A DNA stretch of 64,000 nt from the NCBI GenBank assembly GCA_045613125.1, contig JAZLAM010000020.1, positions 4,782 through 68,781 of the forward strand, written 5' to 3'. The notes under the pieces are model-generated. The model did not search any database, was not told where the DNA came from, and worked only from the letters and a program-made list of their open reading frames with translations. Shown here one piece after another: positions 1-11,500 of this stretch (position 1 is the stretch's first letter; each line of letters starts with the position of its first letter). This DNA comes from Alphaproteobacteria bacterium. Its GTDB lineage: Bacteria; Pseudomonadota; Alphaproteobacteria; RF32; CAG-239. The position numbers and the translations under genes are program-made.

Positions 1-383
1 TCTACGGCAACAACACCTGCTAATATCTCTTGTTCTTTCAAGGGAATTCCCAGTTTATTATATGTGTCTAATATTTTAGGATCAATTTCATCAAGATTTT
101 TCGGTTTAACCTTTTGTTTTGGTTCTGAATAATAGTGTAAATCTTGGTAATTTATTTGTTCATAGCATAATTTTGCCCATGTCGGTTCTGACATGTTTTT
201 CCAAAACTCAAAAGCTTTAAGCCTTTTTTCCAAAAGCCAATCCGGTTCGGATTTTTTAGCTGAAATCATACAGATAATATCTTTTGTTAAACCTTTAGGT
301 AAAGTTTGAGCTTCAATATCGGTTATAAAACCGTATTTATAATTTTTACCCGAACTGTCGGTTATATTTAGTTTTTGTGACAT
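1..383 (-). CDS. sufB: Fe-S cluster assembly protein SufB (N-terminal part; gene continues beyond window start)
   Basis: Reverse-complement of 1..383 translates from ATG (381-383) as MSQKLNITDSSGKNYKYGFITDIEAQTLPKGLTKDIICMISAKKSEPDWLLEKRLKAFEFWKNM..., a typical SufB N-terminus. Not in the ORF track because it is truncated by the window edge. Confidence 0.7.
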   Translation of the reverse strand, partial: MSQKLNITDSSGKNYKYGFITDIEAQTLPKGLTKDIICMISAKKSEPDWLLEKRLKAFEFWKNMSEPTWAKLCYEQINYQDLHYYSEPKQKVKPKNLDEIDPKILDTYNKLGIPLKEQEILAGVVAV

Positions 384-504
384 ATCTTTCTTCCAACTTA
401 AAAGCTTTGTCAGGATACGAAAATGTTTTTCAAAAATCAAGCATTTTTAACGAATAGTTAGCTATTTAATGACATAATACCCAAGATGGAAATAAAGGAT
501 TTGA

Positions 505-1389
505 ATGTTTAAAAAGTGTTTTGCAACAATATTAACCGTTTTGATGATGTCGGGATGCTACAGTTCCGGCGGTGAAATTAGGTTGTTTAATAAATATCCC
601 TTATTTGGAAATATGCCATCAAGTGTAATTGTTGCAAAAGGTGATACCTTATACAGTATTGCAGGTCGTTATGATATTCCGTTAAAAGATTTAATAGAAG
701 TAAACTCTTTGAGAGCTCCATATTCGTTGAATGTGGGACAAAAACTGAATCTTCCTGTTGCAAGATATCATATTGTTAAAAAAGGCGACACTTTATACAG
801 TATTTCTCGTGAATATAATGTTGACATTGCTTCTCTAAGTAGAATAAACAATTTGAAAGCTCCGTATTCTTTAAATGTGGGGCAAAAATTGCAATTATCA
901 GGCAGTTTGTCATCAAAGGCAAGTAGTATAAAACAAAAACGTGTTATTGAAACAGGTAATAAAAAAACAGTTGTAAGTAAAAAGAATAGTACTTATCGAC
1001 CGCCTGCAAACAGAACAGCAAAATTTATGTGGCCGGTTAACGGTAAAGTTGTATCTGGCTTTGGTGCTATCGGTAAAGGTCGTAAAAATGATGGCATAAA
1101 TATCAAAGCTCCACTCGGAAGCGATGTTAAAGCAGCAGATACAGGAACAATAGCATATGCTGGTAATGAGCTTAAAGGTTTTGGAAATTTAATTTTGATA
1201 AAACATCCTGATGGTTGGATAACGGCTTATGCACATAACCAAAAGCTCCTTGTTAGAAAAGGCCAACGAGTTGTTAAAGGTGAAAAAATAGCGACTGTCG
1301 GAAAATCAGGAGGAGTAGATAGCCCTCAACTTCATTTTGAGGTAAGGGCCGGTAAAAAAGCCGTAAATCCTCGTAAATATTTACCTTAA
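505..1389 (+). CDS. LysM-LysM-M23 peptidoglycan DD-metalloendopeptidase lipoprotein (NlpD-like)
   Basis: Lipobox LMMSGC; two LysM-like repeats (GDTLYSIAGRY..., GDTLYSISREY...); C-terminal M23 motifs (HPDGWITAYAHN, GVDSPQLHFEVR). Confidence 0.8.
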   Translation: MFKKCFATILTVLMMSGCYSSGGEIRLFNKYPLFGNMPSSVIVAKGDTLYSIAGRYDIPLKDLIEVNSLRAPYSLNVGQKLNLPVARYHIVKKGDTLYSISREYNVDIASLSRINNLKAPYSLNVGQKLQLSGSLSSKASSIKQKRVIETGNKKTVVSKKNSTYRPPANRTAKFMWPVNGKVVSGFGAIGKGRKNDGINIKAPLGSDVKAADTGTIAYAGNELKGFGNLILIKHPDGWITAYAHNQKLLVRKGQRVVKGEKIATVGKSGGVDSPQLHFEVRAGKKAVNPRKYLP

Positions 1390-1499
1390 GATACTAATTT
1401 TGATAAAATAGTTGTTTAATAATTGTAACTTTAGTTTGTAAGCTCTAAAAAATGTTGTATATTTGTTGCAGTTAAAAATGTGTTTTTAAGGAGAAAATA

Positions 1500-1871
1500 A
1501 TGTTTATCAGTAATGCTTGGGCTCAAGCAAGTGCTCCTGTAGTTACAGGAGCATCACCATTAGGTATGATTCTTCAACTTGTATTAATTATGCTTGTTTT
1601 TTACTTTTTGCTCATTCGTCCACAACAAAAGAAAATAAAACAACATGAAGCCTCTCTAAATGCTATGAAAAAAGGTGATAAGGTTGTGACCGGTGGTGGT
1701 ATGTACGCCACAGTAACCAAAATTAACGAAGATAGAATCAGTGTCGAAATTGCAAAAGGCGTTGAAGTAGAGGTTCATAAATTTACGATTCGTGAAGTTT
1801 TGGGTAACGAAAAAACTGAAATTAAAACTATTAAAACAACAAAAAATTCTAAAACAAAAAATAGGATATAA
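1500..1871 (+). CDS. yajC: preprotein translocase subunit YajC
   Basis: Single TM helix followed by the QQKK...KGDKVVTGGGMYATV YajC signature; sits directly upstream of secD-secF. Confidence 0.8.
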   Translation: MFISNAWAQASAPVVTGASPLGMILQLVLIMLVFYFLLIRPQQKKIKQHEASLNAMKKGDKVVTGGGMYATVTKINEDRISVEIAKGVEVEVHKFTIREVLGNEKTEIKTIKTTKNSKTKNRI

Positions 1872-1873
1872 AA

Positions 1874-3418
1874 ATGTACAAACTTTCAACAAAAAGAGTT
1901 GCCCTCATTTTAGCGATATGCTTAATCGGTATCTTTATGGCAATTCCAAACTTTTTACCACAAGGAACAAAACTTCCCTCTTGGTGGAAACCAATAAGTT
2001 TGGGGCTTGATTTGCAAGGCGGTTCAAATTTATTGTTAGAAGTCAAAATGAGCGATGTTTTAAAAGAACGTATGGCAAATATTGAAGATTCTGTTCGCCA
2101 AGTTTTAAGAGAACATCGTATTCGTTATCAAAATCTTACATCGACCGATGATAGTGTCAGAGTTAAAATTGATAACTCTAATGCAAGAACTCAAGCTATG
2201 AGACATTTAAGATCTATAGAAGACGGACTAGAGATTTCAGTTGTTGATAACGATGTGATCGAGCTTAAATATTCTGAAATTGCATATAACCAAATGCAAG
2301 CAAAAGTTGTAGATCAGTCAATTGAAATTGTTCGTCGTCGTGTTGATGAATTAGGTACGAAAGAACCTACTATTCAAAGCCAAGGACAAGATAGAATAAT
2401 TGTTCAACTTCCGGGTATTCAAAATCCTGAAGAAGTAAAACAACTTTTGGGTAAAACTGCAAAAATGTCTTTCCACTTAGTAGACTCAAGAACATCTGCA
2501 ACAACTGCAAAACGTGGTAAAATAAGCAGTACATCTCGTGTTGTATCAGGTGTTGATGGCGGTCAATATGTTATTACACGTAAAGCTGTTGTAGATGGAG
2601 CTCACTTGGTTGATGCCGGGGTTTCTTTTCAAGATGGTGAACCTGTTGTAAGTTTCAAATTTGACACTGTCGGAGGACGTAAATTTGCTGAAGTGACTAG
2701 AGATCATGTTAAAGAAGCATTGGCTATTGTTTTGGATAACGAAGTTATTTCAGCTCCTACGATTCAGGGTGCTATTACAGGTGGAAGTGGTGTTATTACA
2801 GGTAATTTCAGTTCTGAAACCGCAAATGAGTTAGCAATGTTGTTGCGTTCAGGTGCACTTCCGGCTCAATTGGAAGTTTTAGAAGAAAGAACTGTCGGAG
2901 CAGGACTCGGCGCTGATTCTATCAGAGAGGGGATTCTTGCTTCAATTATTGGCCTTATATGTGTAATTGTATTTATGGTTGCAGCATATGGTTTGTTTGG
3001 GGTTTTCACAACAATTACAGTGTTTATCAATCTGTTTTTGACATTAGGTGCAATGAGTGCAATCGGTACAACCTTAACTCTTCCGGGTATTGCCGGTATC
3101 ATTTTAACAATTGCCATGGCAGTTGATGCAAACGTTTTGATTTTTGAGCGTATGCGTGAAGAAGTTAAAAAGGGACGTTCAACAAAAGATGCTGCTGATG
3201 CCGGATTTACCGAAGCAATAACAACAATTATTGATTCAAACTTAACAACCTTAGTTGCGGCTCTTGTATTGTTCTGGTTTGGAACCGGTCCTGTAAGAGG
3301 CTTTGCAGTGACATTAGCTATAGGTATTGCAACTTCTATGTTTACATCAGTAACTGTAACACGTTTGATTATAGCAAGTTGGATTGCTCGCTGTAAGCCT
3401 ACAAAATTGCCAATTTAA
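1874..3418 (+). CDS. secD: protein translocase subunit SecD
   Basis: Large periplasmic domain plus C-terminal 6-TM block with the conserved LPGIAGIILTIAMAVDANVLIFERMREE motif; yajC-secD-secF order. Confidence 0.9.
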   Translation: MYKLSTKRVALILAICLIGIFMAIPNFLPQGTKLPSWWKPISLGLDLQGGSNLLLEVKMSDVLKERMANIEDSVRQVLREHRIRYQNLTSTDDSVRVKIDNSNARTQAMRHLRSIEDGLEISVVDNDVIELKYSEIAYNQMQAKVVDQSIEIVRRRVDELGTKEPTIQSQGQDRIIVQLPGIQNPEEVKQLLGKTAKMSFHLVDSRTSATTAKRGKISSTSRVVSGVDGGQYVITRKAVVDGAHLVDAGVSFQDGEPVVSFKFDTVGGRKFAEVTRDHVKEALAIVLDNEVISAPTIQGAITGGSGVITGNFSSETANELAMLLRSGALPAQLEVLEERTVGAGLGADSIREGILASIIGLICVIVFMVAAYGLFGVFTTITVFINLFLTLGAMSAIGTTLTLPGIAGIILTIAMAVDANVLIFERMREEVKKGRSTKDAADAGFTEAITTIIDSNLTTLVAALVLFWFGTGPVRGFAVTLAIGIATSMFTSVTVTRLIIASWIARCKPTKLPI

Positions 3419-3440
3419 TTTTATGATAAAGGAATAGAAA

Positions 3441-4379
3441 ATGAAAATATTTAATTGGGTAACCAAAGATACAAATATTGACTTTATGAAACCTCGTAAG
3501 TTTACCTATGTACTTTCTGTTGTTTTGGCAATTATGTCTTGCTATTGGATATTTGTTGGCGGATTTAACTACGGAATTGATTTCTCCGGTGGTATTTTAA
3601 TAGAAGTTAAAAGCGAAAAGTCTATTGATGTCGAGCAAATTCGTAAACAATTATCAAATCTAGATTTAGATGAACTTACTTTACAAACTCTGGGTGATAA
3701 TAAAGATGAGTTAATCATAAGAACGCAAGTCGATAATGCCACAGAAGAATCTCAACGTATTGCAGTTGCTAAAATTAAGGAAATTTTAGGTGATGATTAT
3801 GAATATCGTAAAGTTGAATCTGTCGGTCCGCAAGTTGGTGATGAGTTAAAACGTGATGGTATCGTTGCATCATTAATTGCAATACTTGCCATAAGTCTTT
3901 ATATATGGTTCAGATTTGAATGGCAATTTGCATTAGGTGCATTGCTAGGTTTGTTCCATGACGTATTTATTACCATAGGTATGTTGGCGATGTTTAAATT
4001 TGACATCAGTTTGACAACTGTTGCTGCAATTTTGACATTAGCCGGATATTCAGTGAATGATACGGTTGTTACTTATGATCGAATTAGAGAAAACTTGCAA
4101 AAATATAAGAAAATGTCACAATACGACTTAATAAATAAGAGCTTGAATGACATATTTTCAAGAACCATTTTAACCGGTTTAACAACAATGTTTGCATCTG
4201 CTGCATTGTTTATTTGGGGTGGCGAAACTTTAAGAAGTTTCTCTTTTACCATTTTATGGGGGGTTATTATCGGCACTTATTCATCAATTTATATTTCTGC
4301 AGTTTTCTTGAATATTTTTGATTTAAGAAAGACTCAAGAAGCGCAAAACCAAAACTTGAACCCTTTTGGTAATGTGTAA
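3441..4379 (+). CDS. secF: protein translocase subunit SecF
   Basis: SecF-type TM block (ILTLAGYSVNDTVVTYDRIREN); adjacent to secD. Confidence 0.9.
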   Translation: MKIFNWVTKDTNIDFMKPRKFTYVLSVVLAIMSCYWIFVGGFNYGIDFSGGILIEVKSEKSIDVEQIRKQLSNLDLDELTLQTLGDNKDELIIRTQVDNATEESQRIAVAKIKEILGDDYEYRKVESVGPQVGDELKRDGIVASLIAILAISLYIWFRFEWQFALGALLGLFHDVFITIGMLAMFKFDISLTTVAAILTLAGYSVNDTVVTYDRIRENLQKYKKMSQYDLINKSLNDIFSRTILTGLTTMFASAALFIWGGETLRSFSFTILWGVIIGTYSSIYISAVFLNIFDLRKTQEAQNQNLNPFGNV

Positions 4380-4395
4380 ATAAAAAAGACAATCA

Positions 4396-4443
4396 AACCT
4401 CCGATGTGTAAGAATAATCTTATATACCGGAGGTTTGTTTTTA
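4396..4443 (+). terminator. putative rho-independent terminator after secF (long loop)
   Basis: aaacctccg ... cggaggttt stem followed by a T-tract (seen in sequence). Confidence 0.4.
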
Positions 4444-4460
4444 TAAAAGGACTTTAGTAT

Positions 4461-5423
4461 ATGTTATATTCAATGTTTATAATTATTATCGGCTTTATAT
4501 TACTTATTGCCGGTGCAGAATGGACAGTTAAAGGATCAGTGGCTATAGCTAACAAAATGAAGATACCGATGATAATTGTTGGTTTAACGATTGTTGCTTT
4601 GGGTACATCTTTACCTGAATTTATTGTGAGCGTTAAAGCAGCACTAAACGGAGCAGCCGGCATTTCAATCGGCAATGTTGTAGGATCAAATATTGCAAAT
4701 ATTCTACTTATTTTAGGCAGTGCCGCAATATTCTATCCGATAAAGTGCCGTCGTCGCATTTTTTTACGTAATTATAAATTTTTATTTTTAGTAAGTGCTC
4801 TTTTTGCAGCTTTTTCCATAAGCGGAAAGTTCGTTTTTTGGCATGGAATAATATTGCTCGGACTTTTGCTTGGATTTATTTATTATAACTATAAAAATGC
4901 ATCTAAAGTTGCTGTTAGTGAAGATAGTTTAAGTCCTCTTGCCAATAAAAATTGGATTTTAGTTATTGCCATTACTATTATCGGATTGTCAGCAATAATG
5001 TATGGTGCCGATTTTTTGGTTAACGGAGCAATAAATATTGCAAAGATATTAGGTGTTTCAGATGAAATTATAGGATTAACAATCATCGCTGTTGGTACGT
5101 CTTTGCCTGAGTTGGCAACTACAATTGTAGCCGCTATAAAAAAACAAAACGATGTAGCTCTCGGAAACATAATCGGCTCTAACATATGGAATATTGTATT
5201 TATAATGGGCTTCACATCGGTTGTAACAGATGTAAATGTTTCACAACAATTTATGTTTTATGATGTATGGGTAATGTTTTTAGCTACATTGTTGCTATAT
5301 CCGGTTATGATGACAAAAGCACGTATGAACCGATTTGAAGGTACAGTCTTTGTAAGCGTTTATGTATTATATATCCTATCGCAAATAATGATTGTAAAAA
5401 GCTATTGGAATTTTGGTTACTAA
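4461..5423 (+). CDS. Ca2+/Na+ antiporter (CaCA/YrbG family)
   Basis: Two internal alpha-repeats carrying GTSLPE motifs (GTSLPEFIVS, GTSLPELATT); about 10 TM segments. Confidence 0.8.
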   Translation: MLYSMFIIIIGFILLIAGAEWTVKGSVAIANKMKIPMIIVGLTIVALGTSLPEFIVSVKAALNGAAGISIGNVVGSNIANILLILGSAAIFYPIKCRRRIFLRNYKFLFLVSALFAAFSISGKFVFWHGIILLGLLLGFIYYNYKNASKVAVSEDSLSPLANKNWILVIAITIIGLSAIMYGADFLVNGAINIAKILGVSDEIIGLTIIAVGTSLPELATTIVAAIKKQNDVALGNIIGSNIWNIVFIMGFTSVVTDVNVSQQFMFYDVWVMFLATLLLYPVMMTKARMNRFEGTVFVSVYVLYILSQIMIVKSYWNFGY

Positions 5424-5447
5424 TCTGAGTAATCTTATGAGATAAAA

Positions 5448-5476
5448 AAGAGAATGTTCTCACATTCTCTTTTTTG
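5448..5476. terminator. bidirectional hairpin terminator between convergent genes
   Basis: Perfect 10-bp stem aagagaatgt/acattctctt with a 4-nt loop, flanked by an A-run upstream and a T-run downstream. Confidence 0.6.
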
Positions 5477-5488
5477 GTCATATGAAGT

Positions 5489-5755
5489 TTATTTAGATTG
5501 ATTATATTTGTATGGATCTTCTTTTTCTTTTCCGTGGTATACATCTGATGCCTGATCTAATTCTGTATTAAGTCTTCCTTTTAGTTTTGATGCACTGCTT
5601 GTTGTATCAGAAATATGAGAAGAAATATTAGAGCTTGCGCTTTGTATATAACCACTGATAGTATTCCATTGTTGATCTGGCTTAATATCGAATGCTAACC
5701 ATGTTAAACCACTACATACTGCTATAAGACCAATTAAATACAAGATAACTTTCAT
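5489..5755 (-). CDS. hypothetical small membrane-anchored protein
   Basis: ORF with an N-terminal TM helix and a Ser-rich tail; no recognisable domain. Confidence 0.3.
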   Translation of the reverse strand: MKVILYLIGLIAVCSGLTWLAFDIKPDQQWNTISGYIQSASSNISSHISDTTSSASKLKGRLNTELDQASDVYHGKEKEDPYKYNQSK

Positions 5756-5823
5756 TTTCTATTCCTCCGAAATTAAGTATATTCGAAAGTATATGAATAA
5801 TCATTTAAAAAGTATTTAATAAA

Positions 5824-6750
5824 CTAAGCAAAAATTGTATCGGTTGTGTAATCTTTATAGGCAAAAGCACTTCCGTCAATATAACGATGATTTTTGTTTA
5901 ATGCTTCAATTTCTTGCATGTCTTGATTGTCTAGTTGTATGTTTATTGCTTTTAAGTTATCTTTAAGATGTTGTTCTTTAACAGATTTCGGAATAACAAT
6001 AACACCTCGATTTATTTGCCAACTAAGTAATACTTGTGCCGGAGTAATATTTAGTTTTTGAGCAATGTTGATTATGGTTCTATCATTTAATAAATCAAAA
6101 TTATTTGAAGATACACCGGAACCTAATGGAGAGTAGGCTGTAACGGTAATCATATTTTTACGGCAAAAATCAATTAAATCTGTTTGTGTTAAATAAGGAT
6201 GAGATTCAATTTGATTAACAGCAGGTATGATGTTGCATTCAGATATTATATGTTCAAGATTTTTTTTACCGAAATTGGAAACTCCAATTGCCTTAGTTAA
6301 TCCTTGTTTTTGAACTTTTTCCATTTCTTTATATGTTATGGTTATATCTAATTCACTTAGAGATATCATATCTTCATCACTTTGTGGAAGTAAGGTCCCT
6401 TTTTTTTGAGCTATAGGCCAGTGCATTAGCCATAAATCTAGATAATCGAGTTTTAATTCTTTTAATGTTTGTTTTAGTTCAGGTAACACATCCTGTGGAT
6501 TATGAGAATCGTTCCACAGTTTTGAAGTAACAAAAATATCTTCTCTTTTTAGATTATCTTCCCTGAATGCGTCAGTGAATGCTTGTCCGATTTCTTCTTG
6601 ATTATTATAAATTGAAGCGCAGTCAAAGTGTTTATATCCTAATTTTAATGCCCATCTTATGGCTTGATAAACCTCTCCTGCATTAGATCTCCAAGTTCCT
6701 AGACCAATTACAGGTATATTTGCACCAGTGTTAAGTGTTATATATTTCAT
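5824..6750 (-). CDS. aldo-keto reductase (2,5-diketo-D-gluconate reductase-like)
   Basis: AKR signatures: GLGTW near the N-terminus, KLWN, and the IPKS C-terminal motif. Confidence 0.85.
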   Translation of the reverse strand: MKYITLNTGANIPVIGLGTWRSNAGEVYQAIRWALKLGYKHFDCASIYNNQEEIGQAFTDAFREDNLKREDIFVTSKLWNDSHNPQDVLPELKQTLKELKLDYLDLWLMHWPIAQKKGTLLPQSDEDMISLSELDITITYKEMEKVQKQGLTKAIGVSNFGKKNLEHIISECNIIPAVNQIESHPYLTQTDLIDFCRKNMITVTAYSPLGSGVSSNNFDLLNDRTIINIAQKLNITPAQVLLSWQINRGVIVIPKSVKEQHLKDNLKAINIQLDNQDMQEIEALNKNHRYIDGSAFAYKDYTTDTIFA

Positions 6751-6883
6751 GTTTTTCTCCTAAAAATGTTGTTTTAAGAGAATATAATTATCATATAGAA
6801 AAAATCCACTATGTAAAATATAAAACTTGTATTTGAGCTGAAAGCGTAATATTGTAAATATATAGTTTTAAAAGGAGATGGTT

Positions 6884-8341
6884 ATGCGTTTTTATAAAAT
6901 TTTATGCGTGTCAGCATTATGTTTTGCAACTCAAGCTTTTGCTTATGATAATATCAAAAATCTGGAAATAAGTATTTATAATGATAATTTAGCTTTAGTA
7001 AAAGATACCAGAGATATCAAACTTACATTAGGTAATAATGATATTGCATTTACCGGTGTAGCCTCTCAAATTAAAGCTGAAAGTGTAATGATACTCGGAA
7101 AAGATATTAATGTATTGGAACAAAATTATGATTATGATTTAATAACTCCTCAAAATATTCTTCAAAAATCAATAGGAAAAGATGTTAAAACCATTGTGCA
7201 AAATCCCACAACAGGAGAAAATATATTTAGCAAAGCTACAGTTTTGAGTGCTGTCGGAACAAAGCCGGTTTTAAAGTTTGATTACGGAATTGAAACAGAT
7301 TTTAGCGGACGTTTGGTTTTTGAACAATTGCCGAAAAATTTACAACAAAAACCAACTTTAATGGCGAAAATATATAGTCCTAAAGCCGGAATTCAAGAAC
7401 TTGAACTTGCATATCTTACTAATGGAATTTCGTGGAAAAGTAATTATGTGGCACGTATTGTTGATGATAAGTATCTAAATTTAACATCATGGGTTGCTAT
7501 TAATAATACATCAGGAGCAGATTATAACAATGCTCAAATTCAGCTTGTAGCCGGTGATGTAAATCAAGTTAAAGAGACCGGAGTTATGACAAATAGAGTT
7601 ATGATGGCAAAGGCAGTCACTTTAGAAACAGCTAATACGGATGCTATGGGAAGCAGAGAAACTAACCAACTAAGCTCTTACCAACTTTATACTTTGCCTA
7701 ACAGGGCTGATATTAAGGATAATCAAACTAAGCAAATTAGTTTGTTTGAACGTCTAAATGTTGATTATACAAAAGAAGGACGACTAAATTCTAGTCTTTA
7801 TTTTAATGGAGGATATCAGGCGGAATTTGAAAAAACACATCCTTTAGTTTATTATATTATCAATAATACAAAATCATCTGGTTTGGATTTACCTTTACCT
7901 GCAGGAACAATCAGGTTTTATGAAAATGATGATAATGATAATATGCAGTTTATAGGAGAAAATAATATTAATCATACGGCAAAAGGTGAAAAACTTGAGT
8001 TAAGACTTGGTAAAATGTTTAATGTCTTTGTAAATGGTAAAATTATTGATGTAAATGAAGTTTCATCAAGTAGAGTAGCAAGTGCAAATAACGGATGTTA
8101 TAGCGCAGATGTAGAAAAAGATTATAAAGCGGAAGTAGAATTTAATAATGGTGGAAATGATGATGTTAATATTGTTTTCACGCAAAATCTTGGTCAAGAT
8201 GTTAAAATGATGCAAGAAAATATAAAAGGTAAAAATAAAAATATTAATCAATATGAATGGAAGATATTGGTTTTAAAAAATTCAAAAGTAAATTTGAAGT
8301 TTACAGTTAGGGTAAAATCAAGAGAACGAATTTGTAATTAA
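6884..8341 (+). CDS. secreted DUF4140/DUF4139-like (MuiA-family-like) protein
   Basis: Signal peptide (CVSALCFATQAFA). N-terminal pattern (isIYnDnlAlVkdtRdikLtlGnNdIaFtgvaSqIkaeSvmilG) resembles DUF4140. Length about 485 aa and predicted beta-rich. Start moved to the ATG at 6884, which has good SD spacing to aggag at 6873-6877. Confidence 0.45.
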   Translation: MRFYKILCVSALCFATQAFAYDNIKNLEISIYNDNLALVKDTRDIKLTLGNNDIAFTGVASQIKAESVMILGKDINVLEQNYDYDLITPQNILQKSIGKDVKTIVQNPTTGENIFSKATVLSAVGTKPVLKFDYGIETDFSGRLVFEQLPKNLQQKPTLMAKIYSPKAGIQELELAYLTNGISWKSNYVARIVDDKYLNLTSWVAINNTSGADYNNAQIQLVAGDVNQVKETGVMTNRVMMAKAVTLETANTDAMGSRETNQLSSYQLYTLPNRADIKDNQTKQISLFERLNVDYTKEGRLNSSLYFNGGYQAEFEKTHPLVYYIINNTKSSGLDLPLPAGTIRFYENDDNDNMQFIGENNINHTAKGEKLELRLGKMFNVFVNGKIIDVNEVSSSRVASANNGCYSADVEKDYKAEVEFNNGGNDDVNIVFTQNLGQDVKMMQENIKGKNKNINQYEWKILVLKNSKVNLKFTVRVKSRERICN

Positions 8342-8352
8342 TTTATCAAATT

Positions 8353-8385
8353 GCTCCTTAAAGTTTCTTAAGGAGCTTTTTTTTA
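8353..8385 (+). terminator. rho-independent terminator
   Basis: gctccttaa/ttaaggagc stem with a 6-nt loop, followed by T8. Confidence 0.65.
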
Positions 8386-8393
8386 TTTTTTTC

Positions 8394-8422
8394 TTGCAAC
8401 TTACTGAAAAATTTGGTAAATT
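8394..8422 (+). promoter_or_regulatory. putative sigma70 promoter (TTGCAA, 17 bp spacer, TAAATT) for the 1159-aa lipoprotein gene
   Basis: Hexamers and spacing read directly from the sequence; about 115-nt leader to the ATG at 8540. Confidence 0.35.
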
Positions 8423-8539
8423 GTGAGTGATAAAAAGTTTTTGTGTTTATTATGGAGAATTGAAAAGATTTTTCAAAACCGTTTGTTATACGCAAAAGCT
8501 TTAATTTTGAATATTAATCATTAAAATTTATTTTATATT

Positions 8540-11500
8540 ATGGCAAAAATTAAAACTTTTGCAGCCGTTGTTTTATGTGCTGTAATGTTCATTTCCTCTT
8601 CATGTGAGGAACAAATGGAATCAACCTATGTAGGTTTTTCTGAAGGAATTAAAAGTACAAATATGAAGTACGAAAGTATGGAATATATTGTAAAGTTTGA
8701 CACGATAGTGAATGAATTATTCACTGTTGAGCAGAATGTACTAGGAGACATCGTAGAGTATGAAAACGATCAAGCAATTGACGTAAGTAGTTTTTTCTAT
8801 GAGTTAGATCTTAACGTTAAATTTAACGTTGAACCACAGCAGGTTTATGTTCTAAAAAAGGAACAACTGAGTTCTGTTGCGATGACATCGTCAAATGTAG
8901 CAGATAAAGTTGTTAAAGACAGTACGGAAGATGATTTCACCCTTACTTCGGTTGGATGTGAATATGAGTTTGTTTTTAACGAGGGCGAAAAAGTTGTAGC
9001 AAAAAGTGTATATGAGAAAGTTTCTCATATGGACACAACTTTTTCATATGCTGAAATCAGTCGGGTATCGTATAAGAAAAGCGATAGTAAACTGGATGAG
9101 GTAAAGACAAATGAGGATTCGATCGTGCATGATGTAAATTTCTATTTTGATGTAGAAATGATTATCAAGCGAGATACCGATGAAACAAGGACGTATGTGG
9201 TAAGAGTACCTGTGGAAAGAATTTACATGGAAGAGCTGGCAGAAGCTGTAACTGAGATTAAGGATTTGGAGTATAAGGGAAAATTTGCCGTAAGGGAAAG
9301 CGAACTTTATACAGTTGAACAATATGATTTAGGTTATTATGTGACGACATTGAAGGACAAAGAAGTTACCCGTAAGATGTTCAAATATGATCTGGATTTG
9401 AATGTTAAGTTCGATATCAATCCTAAAAAAGTGACAGTTGATAGTCCAAACAAATTAACGGATGTTGCGCTTAAGAGTGCGACGGCAGGAGATGAAGTTA
9501 AGCAAGAAATTAACCAAGATGAGTTCACCAAAGCTACAGTTGAACGTGACTATGAGTTTGTGTTCAATGAAGGTGAGGTTGTAACGGCAAAATCTTTATA
9601 TCAATATCTTTATAACAAAGATATGACATTTGCATATGCTGAGATTAGAAGTGTAACATATAAGAGATATGATACAAGTCCTAATCCTAACTCAAGCGAA
9701 GATGTAAAGATTTATGATATCGACCTTTATTTTGAGGTTGATATTGAGGGTAAGGAAGGTGCTAATATTGACGGAAAATATGAAGTAGTAGTTTCATATC
9801 AACGTGTATACGAGGTACCTGATACCCCCGTTTCTGAGACGGTGATAGAGAACGTAGAATATGTGGGTCAATTTGATACCATAACCAAAAAACTCTTTAC
9901 CGTAAGACAAGAAGTCAATGGTGATTTTGTAACCTACACTCAAAATAATGAAGAAATATCAAAAGAGCATTTTGAGAGAAAATTAAATCTTGAGGCAATT
10001 TTTGATATTCCTGCTGTTGTTTACGTAAATAGCGAACAAGAACTTGCAGATGTCAGTTTGACCAGCAGCTCAAAGGATGGCAACAAGGAAACAAAGTCAA
10101 GTTCGGATGGCTTTACCACTATAACTCGTTCGCAAAATTATAACTTTAAGTTTAATTGCAATGAGAATGTGGTTTCAGCAACTGAATATGACCGAGAAAC
10201 CTATGGTGATACATTGTTGATTTATTCTTCAATTGATAATATTACATACAAAAATTGTAATGTTGAAAAGAACGAAGCAAAATCTAATGTTGATTCAACC
10301 GTATATGATGTTATGCTTTACTTTAATGTAAATGTAAAACGTCATGTCAAAACAACATCTAAAACCCATCTTGTTGCTGTTCCTTATGCTCGTGTTTTGA
10401 AACATGTAGCAAAAGATACTCTTGTAAAGAAAAATTATCGTGATGTAAGAAGAAAAATTCTTTCAAGCACTACGGAATTAGTTTCTTTTACTGAGTATGA
10501 AATTTGGAGTGTTTCAGGCGAGAAAAATGCTAAGACAATCTCTAAAGTTTTGAACTTTGGTTTTACTAATCCATCAAATCAGACAGTTTATACAACCAAT
10601 ACTAACTATAAGACAATGTCTAATGGTTCTGTAGAGGGAAAAGAAACTTCAAGCAAGGATGGAAATTGGACGGTTTATACTCAAACTAACAATTATTCAT
10701 CAACAGCTGACAATGGAAATAAGTCCTTTAACAATAAGTATTCATATAATAGCCAAAAAGCTATTTATACAAATGAACACTATACTGTTGAATTTGCTTA
10801 TGGCAATTGGTCTGTAAACGAAGGTTCAAGTAATGTCGGTTCTAAGAATGGTGAAACAACATATAATGGTAATGCATACGAAGTTTATCCATATGTAAAC
10901 AACGTATCTTACACTTATGATGTTGAAGATGATTCTTATAGTGGTAATGGACAGTCAAATGTGAATGTTTGCATTGAAAAACCGGAAGAAGATATTCTTG
11001 TAGCTATCAATTATCGTGATGTAAGAAGAGAAATTCTTTCAAGCACTACGGAATTAGTTTCTTTTACTGAGTATGAAATTTGGAGTGTTTCAGGAGCGAA
11101 AAACGCTAAGACAATCTCTAAAGTTTTGAACTTTGGTTTTAATAATCCTTCATCACAGACAGTTTATACAACCAATACTAACTATAAGACAATGTCTAAT
11201 GGTTCTGTAGAGGGAAAAGAAACTTCAAGCAAGGATGGAAATTGGACAGTTTATACTCAAACTAACAATTATTCATCAACTGCTGACAATGGAAATAAGT
11301 CATTTAACAATAAGTATTCATATAATAGTCAAAAAGCTATTTATACAAATGAACACTACACTGTTGAATTTGACTATGGAAGTTGGTCTGTAAGCGAGGG
11401 TTCAAGCAATGTCGGTTCTAAGAATGGTGAAACAACATATAATGGTAATGTATACGAAGTTTATCCATATGTAAACAACGTATCTTACACTTATGATGTT

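Noticed and set aside
1656-2046. Short ORFs on either strand overlapping yajC/secD (e.g. 1656-1892, 1792-2010, 1849-2046). Similar antisense ORFs lie inside nearly every large gene (2866-3117, 4073-4276, 4889-5215, 9044-9322, 18990-19289, 20284-20700, 37880-38171, 40604-40810, 43762-44463, 50225-51022, 53941-54448, 55465-55827, 56279-56653 and others).
   Set aside because: All lie in alternative frames of well-supported genes. They are low-complexity, Ile/Phe/Leu-rich translations of AT-rich DNA with no SD or motif, so they are spurious.
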